DNA of 64,000 bases from Auanema rhodensis (lineage: Eukaryota; Animalia; Nematoda), in NCBI GenBank assembly GCA_964057225.1, contig OZ059895.1:15438001-15502000 (forward strand), in the 5' to 3' direction. The translations under genes and the position numbers were made by a program. Shown in pieces: positions 1 to 13,384 of the stretch. The notes under the pieces are model-generated. The model had not been told where the DNA came from and did not search any database. It saw only the letters and a program-made list of their open reading frames with translations. How positions within the stretch are numbered: the stretch's first letter is position 1; each line of letters begins with the position of its first letter.

Positions 1-678
1 GAAGCAATAACTAGACAGCTAAACCATCTAATTGGACATAAAATTACATTCAACCTAGGTAATTAGACTAACTATACAATATATATATATATATAAATTA
101 AAGCTTTATTTTTTTCAGATTATAATGCAACACAATCAACAACAACAACAACAACTCTTCAAACAAATAATTTAATGGTCTTTAATCAATATATGACTAA
201 CTATATACCATATTTTACATCAATTATGTATAAACAATTATTTAATAACAAGTAAGTTTATATAGTTAAATATATTATATTAACTATATATATATATATA
301 ATCCTATTTATTATTATTATTAGTTATAATAAGACAACAATATTTTCGAATACAATACGTGAAACAATGATAGTTGAAAGAAATTTCATTGCTACTCAAT
401 CTACTTCTTCATCTAAAAGTATATACTTTATCTTTATTCTTTTGTTTATTAAGTTTCAAAACAACAACAACAACAACAATAAGTAAACAAACAACAAACA
501 TATAATTTTTGTTTATTTTCAGTTCATAATATATCAATGATTGTTCCATTTATTGTTATGTTAATGATATTTGGATCAATAGCACTAATTGTTGGAAAGT
601 TGATATCTGACCGTCGACGAGCAGCTAGTCAAGCTGCAACTACAATAATTCGAGTAAATGATGAATATGATCAACATC

Positions 679-712
<34 letters not shown>

Positions 713-1652
713 TACCATAATGTAAGAATATATATATACATATCTAATAATAAATTAATAATTAAAGAAAAAATGAAAGAAAGAAGCCGATTGATCCATT
801 ATCATCAAATATTTCATTTATGAAAACATTATCATCTGTCAGCGAATGTACAACACAACCGACAACGGATTCATCGACTACTAATTCTATGTAAATTTCA
901 GAATATCGATTGAAAATTATTGATTTTAGAATTAAAATTTTTAAGATCTTCTAAGAATCTTCGACACACAGCTACAACGCAACGAGCTTCTCTATTAGCT
1001 TCACAGCCAAATATGATGTCATTAACTTCAACATCCCGCGGTTCAACATCAAAGTACATACAAGACTATGCATCGATTATATGATATAGTTAATATAATT
1101 GTAGTGAGCTTAGTCGATTAGAAGGAGGAATTAGTATGATATCTTCAATTGCTCCAGAATCATATGATCAGATTCGATACTATAGTAGCTCATCGGATAT
1201 AACATTCTCAAATCCACAAAGGCGGATAGACAGAAAGAAGCGATCAACACCGAAATCATTTCCAAAGGTATATTTATCATAATATTTATTAACTATACGA
1301 TATAAATTAATATATTTAAGAGATCAACACCAATTCATAATCAGACAATCAATTCTGAATTATCTGAAACGGAAGATATAGCCGACAAACACACGTCATC
1401 CATCTATGCAGTAGAAGATGTAACACAAGAATCGATATCAATCAGAAGAAAATCAGCTTTAGGATGTACAATAAAGGTTTGTATACAAGCATAGTATAAA
1501 GCTTATGCTCATAATGCTGCTTGTATATATATGTATTCCAGATTCCATACTTAGTTGAAGAAGCTTCATCATCAAATGATTTGAATAATCGATTAGGATC
1601 AAAAGAAATGAATGATAATGATGAATCGTACTATAGTATTCGTAGTACTTAA
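1..1652 (+). CDS. 3' part of an uncharacterised single-pass membrane protein (Thr-rich ectodomain, one TM helix, Ser-rich cytoplasmic tail); 5' end lies outside the window
   Basis: Phase-consistent GT-AG exons 1-58, 119-251, 324-418, 523-721, ~784-890, 946-1052, 1105-1267, 1321-1476 and 1542-1652 (TAA 1650-1652). TM segment MIVPFIVMLMIFGSIALIVG is followed by KLISDRRR. Tail ends ESYYSIRST*. The junction 721->768/784 is problematic (see findings). Confidence 0.7.
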
Positions 1653-2170
1653 TAATTCGTTTTTTCCTAGTTTATCTTATATAATATTAATAAATATAAT
1701 AAATATAATATATATATATAGTTTGTACATATTTCAAATATTTCGTCGTCAAGCTCGAAACAGCTTTTTGAACTTCAAGCCAAAGTGTATTCGGTGGTTT
1801 GAATACGGCTTGCTAGTTCAACTGTTCAAAAGGTATTATTGTTGTGTTGTTTCATTGGGATAGAGAAGAAGGTAAGAACGGTAGACGATTATGAGAGAAC
1901 GAGGTGGGGAGAGGGGAGGGGGAGAAATGATTAGATTAAGCTTCTAGAATTGAAAACACTGTTTAACAAACTGACAACATTCACGGCTTTTAGACATATG
2001 TTTACTTTGAATAGATGAGAGAACATGGTATAGAGAATGAGAGAGAGAGAGAGAGAGAGAGAGAAAGGGAATGACCTGTGCCGCAGCTTAATCCGCAGCA
2101 GATGAATAAAGTTGAAACACGAAGTGAGAATCTTTAATTGTTTCCTTTCTTGTAGACATCACCTGTACTT

Positions 2171-2237
<67 letters not shown>

Positions 2238-2644
2238 GTTCTTCCGTTTCTTGCTGTATGATTCAAATAATAAGCAAAAATAGGAACATTAGAATTTGAA
2301 AAATATCCTATAACAAAACAAGAAAATGCTGCCTCGCTTTGAAACATATAGAGAAAGTGCACTCAAATACTTGAATTCTGGACTCATTTTAGATATTTTT
2401 CGCATCCTTTTCACTAGTTTTACTTGCTCTTCTTCAATTTCTTTTTCTTTAATTTGACTTCATTTGTTCTTTTTTTTGTGTTTCTTCGGAGGTCAAAAGA
2501 TGCTGGACAATGGAGGAAGATGCTTAACGTTGTCATCAGCGGTCATCCGCCGTCGTCTTCTTCGTTCAAAGTCGGCTGACGACGGTCAGGCGACGAGTTA
2601 GACGCCTCATCATATCTTATATAGATATAGCTTATAGCACTTTC

Positions 2645-2715
<71 letters not shown>

Positions 2716-3373
2716 TTCCTTTCTCTCTCCTTTTCGTCTCGTCATCTCTTCTTCATTCTGCTTCTTTTCACCATATTGTCTACATATTCTCATTTTTCCT
2801 TTGAGACTGTTTGCATTTCAAGCTGGTCATTTAGGACTCTGAATGCGACAAGACGACCAAGGTGAAGAAGAAGAAGAAGAAGAATCTTTCTTCTGACGAT
2901 CCCAACAGATTGTCTAGAAGATGAAGTCGAAGAACAACTAAACCTAAGTCGAATAACCATAATCCTTCACGGAACGAGCATAACATTGCTTCTTGTAGTA
3001 TCTATCTATCTATCTATCTTCTTCCCTCATTCACTTCTCCAACTTCTTCATCTAACACCATATTTCATTTGAATTTTTTAGTTTTCTCAAACGTTCGTAT
3101 CAATGTTCTTTCAATGAATTCTTTAAAATATTATATAATTTACTCGTTTATTTCAGAATATTCTTGGAAAAGTTTCTTTACAAGCATTACAAGCCTTATA
3201 GCTTCTCCATCTATTTCTCATCGAACCAACTATTTCAATTCTATTTATTCTTATAGTAACTTTTGAATAAATAAAAGAAAATAGTATAGTTATAACCGAC
3301 TAACAGTAAGTTTTACTTCATTTTATATTTCATCATATTTTTTTAATTTCAGTTTGATCTCCATTATAGTCAA

Positions 3374-4020
3374 ATGATTTTATTTTTAATATTTCTATTA
3401 ATTCCACTATACTCTACTCTTGATTTCCGTTCACAAGCTTATAAGAATGTGAATTCTTATGTAAATCAGGGATTATCATCATCTGTATCGTCTCAAAATT
3501 CATATTTAAATAATCAAAATCATAATCCATATATGCAATTTGCTAATATTAATCAACCACAAACTATACCATATATTGCGGATCATCAGACTTACAGTAA
3601 TCCTGATATTATTCAATCACCAGCATCTGCTTCATCAACAAATCAATATGTTTCTGATAATAATAATTCAAAAACATCATATACAGCTCCATTACTATCA
3701 TCATCATCAGCCGGTACAGGCGCAATATCTGCATCATCATCATCCGCAGCAGCAGCAGCAGCATCATCATCTTCCGGTTCAGCTTCATCATCTGACTACT
3801 CTAATTTGTATAATCAACTAACATCAGCAGCATTATCAGTTGCTTCACAACCATCTTTCCCAATTGCTGGAATATTACCATCTGTTGTATCTGCTGCTCA
3901 GCCACATGTTGCATCATTCAACAAGGTAAGGCTAAGCAACATGTTTATTATGCCAATCAAAAAAATGTTTGAAAATGAGTTCTCGAGAATGGCTACTACG
4001 AGCCTACTCTGAGTTATACA

Positions 4021-4072
<52 letters not shown>

Positions 4073-7000
4073 GCTCTCTGTCTTTTTCTCTTTCTTTCTC
4101 TCTCTGCTAATCAAAATTATAATGTTTCCGTTTTATTTTCTTCTTTTTTTTTCAAATATAATCTTCGAAAATCAAATTAACACGACGCTCGTTCAAGAAA
4201 AAAAAAAGAAAGAAAAAGAGAAAAAACTATTTATTGACATGTGTCTATATCGACTTCAACAAACATTTTTCTTTTTCTTTCAAACAAATTTTTTGTTCTT
4301 TCTTCTAATGAACTCTAATTTCTATTTCTTCATTTACTATATTTGGTTAGCGGATTGTGAGAAGAAGAAGAAGAAGAAAAAAAACATTTTGGTCGGACTT
4401 TAACTGAACACCTTTAATACCTTTTAAACGACAAAATGTACATCTAATCTTTCCATTTTTTGTCTTTCAAACTATTTCTTAAGCATCTCTCTCTCTATCT
4501 CTCTATCTCTCTCTATCTCTCTATTTCTCTTTCTTCTATAAACTCTCTCTTAACTTTCCCTGTATACACCTTCTACCTACCCATCTCTTGCTTATTTCGT
4601 ATTCGCTTACCCTTTCAGCTATAAAAAGCAGTTGTCACGTTTTCATGCTGCTCAAGCTTGTAAATGGGAAAACTTGAAAGAAATATAAGAAAAATTTTAA
4701 ATCTTTTTTGGAATAAATAAATTATTATTATTATTATAATTAATATAATTAATGATATAATTTAGAATATTGCTTCCCCATCACATAATACTGATTGGAA
4801 TAGCCTAAGGGCAAATGAATCATATAACTCATTTCTTAGTTGGTCAACTACGTCCCAAGTAAATTATCACATAATTTATATAATTTATATATATAATACT
4901 TAGAATATACCATCAACATTTCCATATACTAGTACTTCATCACCTACATCAGCTACACCTCCACCTGTAATATGGACAACCAATAAGCCGACAACAAAAA
5001 TTGTTGCAAAAATGAGTAAACTATCAAGGTTAACTATATTTTTACTTATAAATCATAATCAATTGAAATATATACATATAGTTAATTTCATTTTAGTTTT
5101 GAAACTTAAAAATTAGAATATTCTCCTTATCTCACGTCACGTCTGCTCACGCATTTCACGTCACTTCTGTTCATTTAATTTGAAAATTTTGTGAGATGCG
5201 GTTGAATCAAATATTTAAAATATTTAATTATATCATATAATGAATATATATTGTATATTTAGACCATTGAAAAAAGAGGAAAAGAACTCAGCTGCTCAAG
5301 TTATTGTTCCAAGTCATCGTCTTTTGAATGATATTCTTGTATTACCATCAACTAGACGTCTATATATTCTAGCTTTATTACCAATTCATGAATCATATGA
5401 TAATAAGGTAATAATTTATATTAATTATTATATTTTATATATAAATTATATAAATTATGTGAATTTTGAAGGGATTTGAATGTGGTAAAGTTGATGTTAA
5501 TGGCTTTATTCGTTTAGCTGCTTTTATGGAAGCACTTGAACAGGTATATTTCATCATTTTCTAACTAAATAATTATAATTATATTAATTTATAATATTGT
5601 ATAATATTATATTTATTATAAAAATCATTATATAGGTAAATGCTCAATCCATTTTGCGTGATGCTGGACTAGGAATCGGTGCTGTCATCGTTGATTCATG
5701 CTCATCTGATTTACGAACCGTCGCTGATCTATATGAATTATTATCCGGAACTAATATACAAAAGTAATAATTAATTATTATTATCGTTTGAAGACTATTT
5801 TATTAAATTTAGATCAGATCTAATAGCTATGGTACGAGATGATGGTTCACACTTACCGAATGTTGATGATTTTGCAAAACATTTGAAAATTCCTGTTATT
5901 AATACATTCTTTTCATCTCGAGAACAGGTAATTAGCATATATAATTTAACTTATATTAACTATATGATATAATCAAATGAATCTGTTGTTATAGTTTATG
6001 ACAACTGGTACATTGCCTTCAATTCATAGTCCACTCGATACAATTATCAGCTTGCTATCACATACACAGAGTGATTGTGTCAGCTTAATCTATGACGATT
6101 TATATGAAGAGTTAGTTATAATATTTAACTATATTAACTATATGTATTCTTTTTAAGTTCGATCGGAATTTTGAATGAACTATCAATGTCACGAGGAGTC
6201 TGTATTGAGCAGAAGCTAAGTTTAAAAGGAAATTCATTACCGATTGCTGAGACAGCTGTACGACGGTATAATATACATATAATTAATAAGCTAACTATAT
6301 CATATATATAATATAGTTTATTACTAACTGAAGCACGATTGGTCGTTGTACTGCTCGGTGAAGGCTCATGGATTCAATTGATCAAAGCATTACGAACAGA
6401 AATGGTAATTTGGAAATATGAACAAGCTCTTCTTTCATCTATTTACTATATCATATAGTTAAAATATATATTTTATAGGTTATTGCTGGACGATTCATTA
6501 TGATAACAATACAACATCCACGTTGGTTTACATCTCAATCGTTCGTTGAAATGTGGCCACACTTTGATCAGCTACTCCTTACGGTATGGAATTATAACTA
6601 ACTATATTTAACTATATTTAACTATATTTAACTATATAATTATAGGTTTCAAATAAAAAGCCAAAACAAGTCTTGGAACTTCAGCATTTAACTTCACGCT
6701 TTCCATCATTTCCATTTCCTCAACATTGGATGCGTCAATTCTGGTCAACAGCATTCCATTGCCATATTGAAGGAGAAACTGAAAATGGACAGCAATTTTC
6801 AAAGTAACAACATGTTTTAGTCTGAATCAAGTGTTTAGTTAAAACTTGAGCCCTCAGGGCATTTTGAGATTAATATAGAACCGTTAGATGGAGATAGATT
6901 TCATGCTTTATCAGCAAGTAAAAGCCACATCATGTTTCAGAGAATGTTCTGATAAGCAGTTACTAAACTTAACAGCTGTAGCACCAGATATTGATATTGC

Positions 7001-8917
7001 TCCAATAACATTAGCTGTTCATAGTATTGCTCAAGCTACACGAAAGCTTGTTGATAACGTTTGTCCAGGTTTGTTCATTTACAACCTTAAAGCTTAATAT
7101 GATCATCATAACTTGAAGGAGCATTAGTACAAAGCTTGAATGATTGTCTGAATGATCCACAAGAGTCACTATTCGCATCCATAATATCTCTTCGTTTTAC
7201 TAATCCATTAGCATCAGGAGGTTTTATTTCATTTTATAATTATTTATATTATGCTAATTATGCTAATTATATTGTTATTTTTATATTAATTCAGATGTGT
7301 ATTTCAATGAAACGTCTGGATTCCGAGATTCGCCAATGATTGTCAACCGTATCATCTATGATTCGCAGATTGAAGTTGAAGAATTAGCACATTGGGATAC
7401 GGTAAGTCATAGCTAACTATATGAAAATAGTTATAATCCTTATAATACATGTGTATATCTTATAGGTTAGTGGATTTACATACACAGCTCCAATGGATTT
7501 AGTGATGGAAGAACGAGATGGTGCACGTGTTCCACTACGAAGTACATGCCCAAAGTAATTTTGTTTCAGCTTAGCTTAACTATACCGCTATAACCATGCA
7601 CTCATTAGTTAATTATGCAAACAAATACATTTCAGATCTGCCTGCTCAGCTGAATTAGCTAAGCGAAGTTTATCAGGTGTTAAGCCATCGTTCCGTGACT
7701 CTCTGAGTAATACATATCTTCTTATCTATACTATATGTGCAGGTATGTTAACCATGCTAACTATATAATGTTTTTGATAACTTATTTTGTTCCTTTTTTT
7801 ACAGTATTAGCATTCTTCATCTGTATGCTATGTATGTATCATCAGATTGTCTGTTCACGTGATGATCATTATAGTATTTGTACTATTATTATGTTTGCTG
7901 GTTAGCTATGCCATCATACAATCTATACATATAGTTAACATATTCCAGGTTTATCACTATTATGCTTAGTATCAGTCTTCTTTATAATGAAACCAAATTC
8001 AATCAGTTGTATCAGTCGTCGGATCGCTTTCTCCATCTCATTAGCTGTTGTGTTTGCTCCAGTTCTTGTTAAGGTATTATTGAATTTTCCGAAAATAAAC
8101 AAACAAACAAACAAACAAATAAACAAACAACTTCTTTCAGACATTAGCTGTGTGGCGATTGGAATTAGGCTTAGGTCGAAGTAAGGGGCCAGGCGCTGAA
8201 CCATTACGTCCAAATCAGCATGTTCTATTTTGGATTATTGTCGGCCTTGTTGTAATTCAAGCTGGTAATTCAAGTTTCTCATACAAAAACATGTTTATAT
8301 TGAATTTGAAGTCATTTCTTCTGAATGGTCCTTATTTGAATCACCAATTGAAGTTACATTCACATCAACTATACAGCATGGACATCAATGGCGTTGTTCT
8401 CCTGGTGATCAGGTATATAGTAGAATCTCTGTATAAACAACAACAACAACAACAACAACATTCAACAAAACAATTTGAAACAAGTAGTGTACGTGAACTT
8501 TTCACGTACGCTGCTTAAAAGTTCACGTATTTACCATATGACATAACATGTGATTCAAATTATTATAAACATCAGATTATGCTAATTATGCTAATTATGC
8601 TGACAGTTTTTAACAAACTTTATATTTACAGTTTGAACAACGGTTATTACATTCATGTAGCTTAATCGGATTGATGATTATCATCTCATTAGTGTGTTCT
8701 ATCTTATCTGTTCGTCATATTGAATGTCGTCAGAATATCCTCATTACCGTAATACTTTAATCGTTTTAAGATAATATTAATTTTATATTTAGATAATTGG
8801 TGGTGCTACAGCAGTTGGTCTCTATCTAGGTCTTCCACTAATTCCATATAAATTACGTGATCAGATAATTGCCGGAGGTCATTATGTTTAGTAATCGTCT
8901 TCAGCCCCCCCCCCTTA

Positions 8918-8976
<59 letters not shown>

Positions 8977-10013
8977 CAGTCTTTCTTACATATTCATTCT
9001 TTTCAGTATTACTCGTATATTCATTCCTTGTAATCCTTATTACATACTGTCGTAGAGCATTCAGTAAAGAGGATGATGATTCAAATAAGTCTTTAGTTGG
9101 TAAAAGTACTTTAGATCGTTCAGAAAAGGTTATGCAAGTAAGAATATTCTTCATTTTGTCGTCAATCTTCAACATTTTCAGAATCCATATTGGCTTGATA
9201 ATCTTGTTTTATCACCCCGAGGCCAAAATACAATGTCACTTCAACGTAATTATCATCATGTTCATACATTACCTCAACAACATAGTGTTGGAATGGAGAA
9301 ATATGGTTCGTTTCAAGTATCATTTCATTTGCATCACATCCCTCCTCGCCCCTTTCTTTAAAAAAATCAAATCAAAGCTTGAACAAGCTTTGTGATCATT
9401 TCTTGAGAAGTAATGATTGACGGGTACAGCATCTTGTTCCGTCATTCCAGATCATTGTGAGATAGCTTGAGGGCGACTATATTCTAATCTCATTTTCGAA
9501 TTTAAAGTTTCAGCAATGGAAGGTTATACTGCTCCACCTAGAATCAGTTCAACACTTCCACATCCAAGTCGTATAGGTAAACAAGAATTTCAAAATAATT
9601 CGTACAACATGTTTGTTGTAGAAAATAAAGGAAATATTCCACGTGTAGCACCATTTACAACAATATCAACAACAACACTTCAACGACCTCAATCACAACA
9701 TGCTTTACCAGCTCGTTATGGTGTAGAACGTTATGGTTAGTTAGTTCATTAGTTATATACTATATTATAAATTATATAAATACATATAAATATAATAAAT
9801 AATATTTAGAATTACCTCCATCATCACCAAATCACCAAATTCAATATCAATCTCATCCAACTTTGCCATCCGGTGGCAAATATGGTAATCAAGAATATGG
9901 TTAGTTCAATTAACTATATACATATAGTTATATTCTATTTGATTCTATACTATATGCTTATTTTAGTCTTAGAAAATGAAGATGATGATGAAGGAACAAA
10001 TTGCCGGTTATAA
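3374..10013 (+). CDS. Orphan class C (metabotropic-glutamate-receptor-like) GPCR: signal peptide, long S/A/N/T-rich N-terminus, Venus-flytrap domain, 7TM; 28 coding exons
   Basis: Manual splice model with all phases consistent (exon 1 3374-3925; last exon 9967-10013, ...GTNCRL*). Class C motifs: [77 protein letters not shown], and TM3 region [34 protein letters not shown]. From memory it resembles nematode orphan class C receptors of the F35H10.10 type; not searched. Confidence 0.88.
6601..6637. repeat. 10-bp tandem repeat (ACTATATTTA)x3+ in a GPCR intron
   Basis: actatattta actatattta actatattta actatat, read directly from the sequence. Confidence 0.9.
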
Positions 10014-11207
10014 CTTATAAGCTCAAACTCTTAAAAAGACTTTGAGAAGATACTCCAATATGTGATAATTCTCGGAAGTACGGTAATGCACTACGATGAT
10101 GATATTCAATTAGTAAATTATATTAATTATATTAATTTATATATAAAGAATAGAAAAGAATAATTTATATATTTTAATATAATAGAATATTGCTCATATG
10201 CCATATTAATACTCAGTTTATTATAATATTATATTTCTTTTTTTTTCTTTTTTTTTTGAATAATTTTATATAATTTATTAATAAAATTATTTAAATTTAA
10301 TTATTTTTACATCGAACAGTAAACAGTAAACATGATAACAACCTGACATTCAAGCTTATCAGTGCTGGACTTCATCACATTACATCTCAACTGCATTGCA
10401 TCGCATTTTCAGAAACTTTTTAAAAACTTTAAAAATTTCCGGAGCGTACTGACTAACAAGTACATGAGTCATTTTTAGTGAAAATCTATATATGAATCTA
10501 ATTCATATCCAAAAATTCAGGAAAAGATTCTGATTATCCGGATAGTATCCTTATCGCGTTCTCCCTTCCTTCTTGTACTACCGATCAAATCCGGATACAT
10601 CCTCGTACAGCGGATCTACACAGATGAGAGAGAGAGTGAGGGGTTCCAAAAGAAAAAAGTTGTTCAAGTTCTTTAAGCATTTCATTCAAAGTTCTAAGAA
10701 TATTAAAAAATATTTTTTTATTGTTGAAAATATGGAAAAATGGACGGAAAATGCTTTATCGGAACTGGATTTAAGAAGATTTTAGTATAGAGAGAACAAA
10801 GTAGTATGAATGAATTCCCACTCAACCTTCTCCCCCCCCCCTTCCAATCATCACACTCCGGAGGTAGGATATCATGTATCGTGAGGTTACTGTCTCACAT
10901 TATTCCGATATTGCTAATCCCTGTGACTGTCTTGGCTAATCCGACAGCAGCAGATTGTCCTCATTTCTCAATAATTTCACTTCAAAATGAAATAGAAAGA
11001 TCATAAATGAAAATTTTACTCACATTTACTCCTACTTTTCTTCCAATTCCATCAACTTTACGATCATTCATTCATCTAAAACTGCTGTACTTTACTAAGT
11101 CTTATTCAACTTTTTTTAACGTTTACACATTTTTTTCTAATTTTATTGGTTTTCTTTAATAAAAATTTGTACTAAAATTAATTCTAAGCAGTTTTGTGAT
11201 AATTTTG

Positions 11208-11220
11208 AAAAAAGCAAAAA
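11208..11220 (-). terminator. RNA polymerase III oligo-T terminator of the tRNA-Leu
   Basis: Minus-strand TTTTTGCTTTTTT begins 5 nt after the tRNA 3' end. Confidence 0.8.
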
Positions 11221-11224
11221 TGTC

Positions 11225-11338
11225 TGCACGGAGTGGGATTTGAACCCACGCCCTCATTCGAGGACCAGAACACCCAACTGCTATCACGCAGCAAGCAATG
11301 CTTGAGTCTGGCGCCTTAGACCGCTCGGCCATCCGTGC
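11225..11338 (-). tRNA. tRNA-Leu(CAA) with a 30-nt intron (11271-11300)
   Basis: Minus strand reads GCACGGATGGCCGAGCGGTCTAAGGCGCCAGACTCAAG-[30 nt]-TTCTGGTCCTCGAATGAGGGCGTGGGTTCAAATCCCACTCCGTGCA. It has acceptor stem GCACGGA/TCCGTGC, A box, anticodon CAA (11302-11304), intron at the canonical 37/38 position, long variable arm and B box GTTCAAATC. Confidence 0.97.
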
Positions 11339-11472
11339 TTATAGACTGGCACAATCGTTACAATTCTAGTTCGCACACTACCACATACTAACATCGCGGT
11401 TGATTTCGATTATTTGTCAAAGCAATTCATCAATGATTAGTAGCATACGATGATTTATTTTCAGAAATATAA

Positions 11473-12504
11473 ATGTTATTCCTTCTGCTCATATCATTGC
11501 CAATAAGTTCAATTGCTTTTCTTTTTCCGTCAACATCTGACAGTTGTTGTTCCTCATCATGCTCATGCCCATCAATACCAGCATGTCCACCAATTCCTCG
11601 ATGTCCACAGCCAATAGTAATCAATCAGAAAACTCACTCAAAAACATTAATAAGTTCATGTTATAGCCTGTTACACCGTGTTGTTCCACATGTACTTCCT
11701 GTAAAAAGCGTACAAAACGAGAAATTGAGTTTATAAGTAATTCAACCTACATAGTTAATGATGATGTTAAACTTAATAAAGCTTTACAAGTAGGTTTTGG
11801 CGCCAATTTTGGGATTTCAAATTTGATTTTTGTTGAAGAACGAAGAGAAGAGACATCGGCGTGATGCATTAGATGATATAGTTCATGTTGATGCTAAATG
11901 CAATAGTGAACATCTACGAGAAATCATAATTCAGGTTTCGATTTGAACTTTTTCTTGGAATTTTGCCAAAAAAACAAATTTATCTTACAGAATATTGACC
12001 GTGTTACATCAATAGCAAAGAAGAAGATTCAAGAACAAGCAGAAACTCAACTACAAGGCAGGTATGTACTCGATGATGATTCGGATGCACACATGTGTGC
12101 GAGTGAATGGATAAGAGAAGCATCATATACTTATGATATAAGCCTGTAAGCAGAGACGTATGTATCTGTGTGTAAGCGTAGTATGATGCATAGTATGCTT
12201 ATGCTGTAAGTCTATGTGTACACCTCTCTCTGTAGGTTGGTGTATGTGTGTGTGTGTGTGTGTGAGTATGCATGTGGGTGTGGATGCGTGTTGCTTCTCA
12301 TCATTAAGCTTCGTCCCTTTTCCCTTTTTTTGTAGGAAAACTAAATGATTTTTTTATTTTATTTTCAGATTTAACGTTATATGTGCCCGAGGCGATTTTT
12401 CATATATAACCAACACAGAAATATTTTGTCAACAAACAGTTGGTGATGTAACTTGTTATGTATTTAAACAATTATCATCTGTAGTACGTAAACGATTGTC
12501 TTAA
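11473..12504 (+). CDS. Ground-like (grl) hedgehog-related secreted protein
   Basis: Exons 11473-11616, 11667-11789, 11839-11934, 11991-12061 and 12369-12504. Signal peptide, Cys/Pro-rich segment, RTKR and RHRR convertase-like sites, then ground-like domain DAKCNSEHLREIIIQNIDRVTSIAKKKIQEQAETQLQGRFNVICARGDFSYITNTEIFCQQTVGDVTCYVFK. TTTTCAG acceptor (11458-11464) lies just before the ATG. Confidence 0.92.
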
Positions 12505-12549
12505 CATCATGTTATGTGTGTAAATGTGTTATGAAGGAAGAGGAGGTGT

Positions 12550-12623
<74 letters not shown>

Positions 12624-13336
12624 TAGGTTAATGACGTCACATATAAAACATACATAAAGCCTATTATATGAAAATGAAGTAAAAGAAAAGAAAAATCATT
12701 TTTATGAACATAAAAGATTGTTTATTATTTTTATTTTTCTTGTTTCTTCACCTCTCGCTCCGTCTCATCTGCCTCTGCTTCACCTATTGTCTCTTCTTAT
12801 TGTCTTTTCGATATAAGTTAAATAAATATTTGAATAGTTAGTATTATTATAAGTTTATAATATTATTTATATTTTAATTAATAAAATATCAAAAGATAAT
12901 ATAAGAAATGATGACATTATAACTTAGATATGTGCGAGTGAGTGTGTGTGTGTATGTGTGTGTAGGTGTGGGTGGAGGTAGGTAGATATCTAAGTGTGTG
13001 TATAGAGAACTTCTATTATATATATTATAACATATAAATAAATAAATAATATTGTTTTTATTCTAATTTTTATAGTTTTTAATATATTTATCTCTCTCAT
13101 ATTTGCTTTTGTTGTTGTTGTTGTTGTTGTTTTCTTACATCTATATACATACATACATTTCAACCAAACTGTTTTTCTTATTTCATATCTCTTCATCTTT
13201 CTCTATCTCTCTCTCTCTCTTCTTTTCTCTCTTTCAATTCAAAAAGGAAAGACTAAAGAAGAAAAGAAAGATCCACTTGAAATAAAATGTGAAAAGCTTG
13301 ACTTTTTCTTCTTAAATCTATATTATACCATATAGT

Positions 13337-13384
<48 letters not shown>

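Noticed and set aside
8166-8177. TTAGGCTTAGGT telomere-like sequence (similar near 53415)
   Set aside because: Two units at most, and this copy lies within a GPCR coding exon.
10002-10013. C-terminal -CRL as a peroxisomal PTS1 signal
   Set aside because: The protein has a signal peptide and 7 TM helices, which is incompatible with peroxisomal matrix import.
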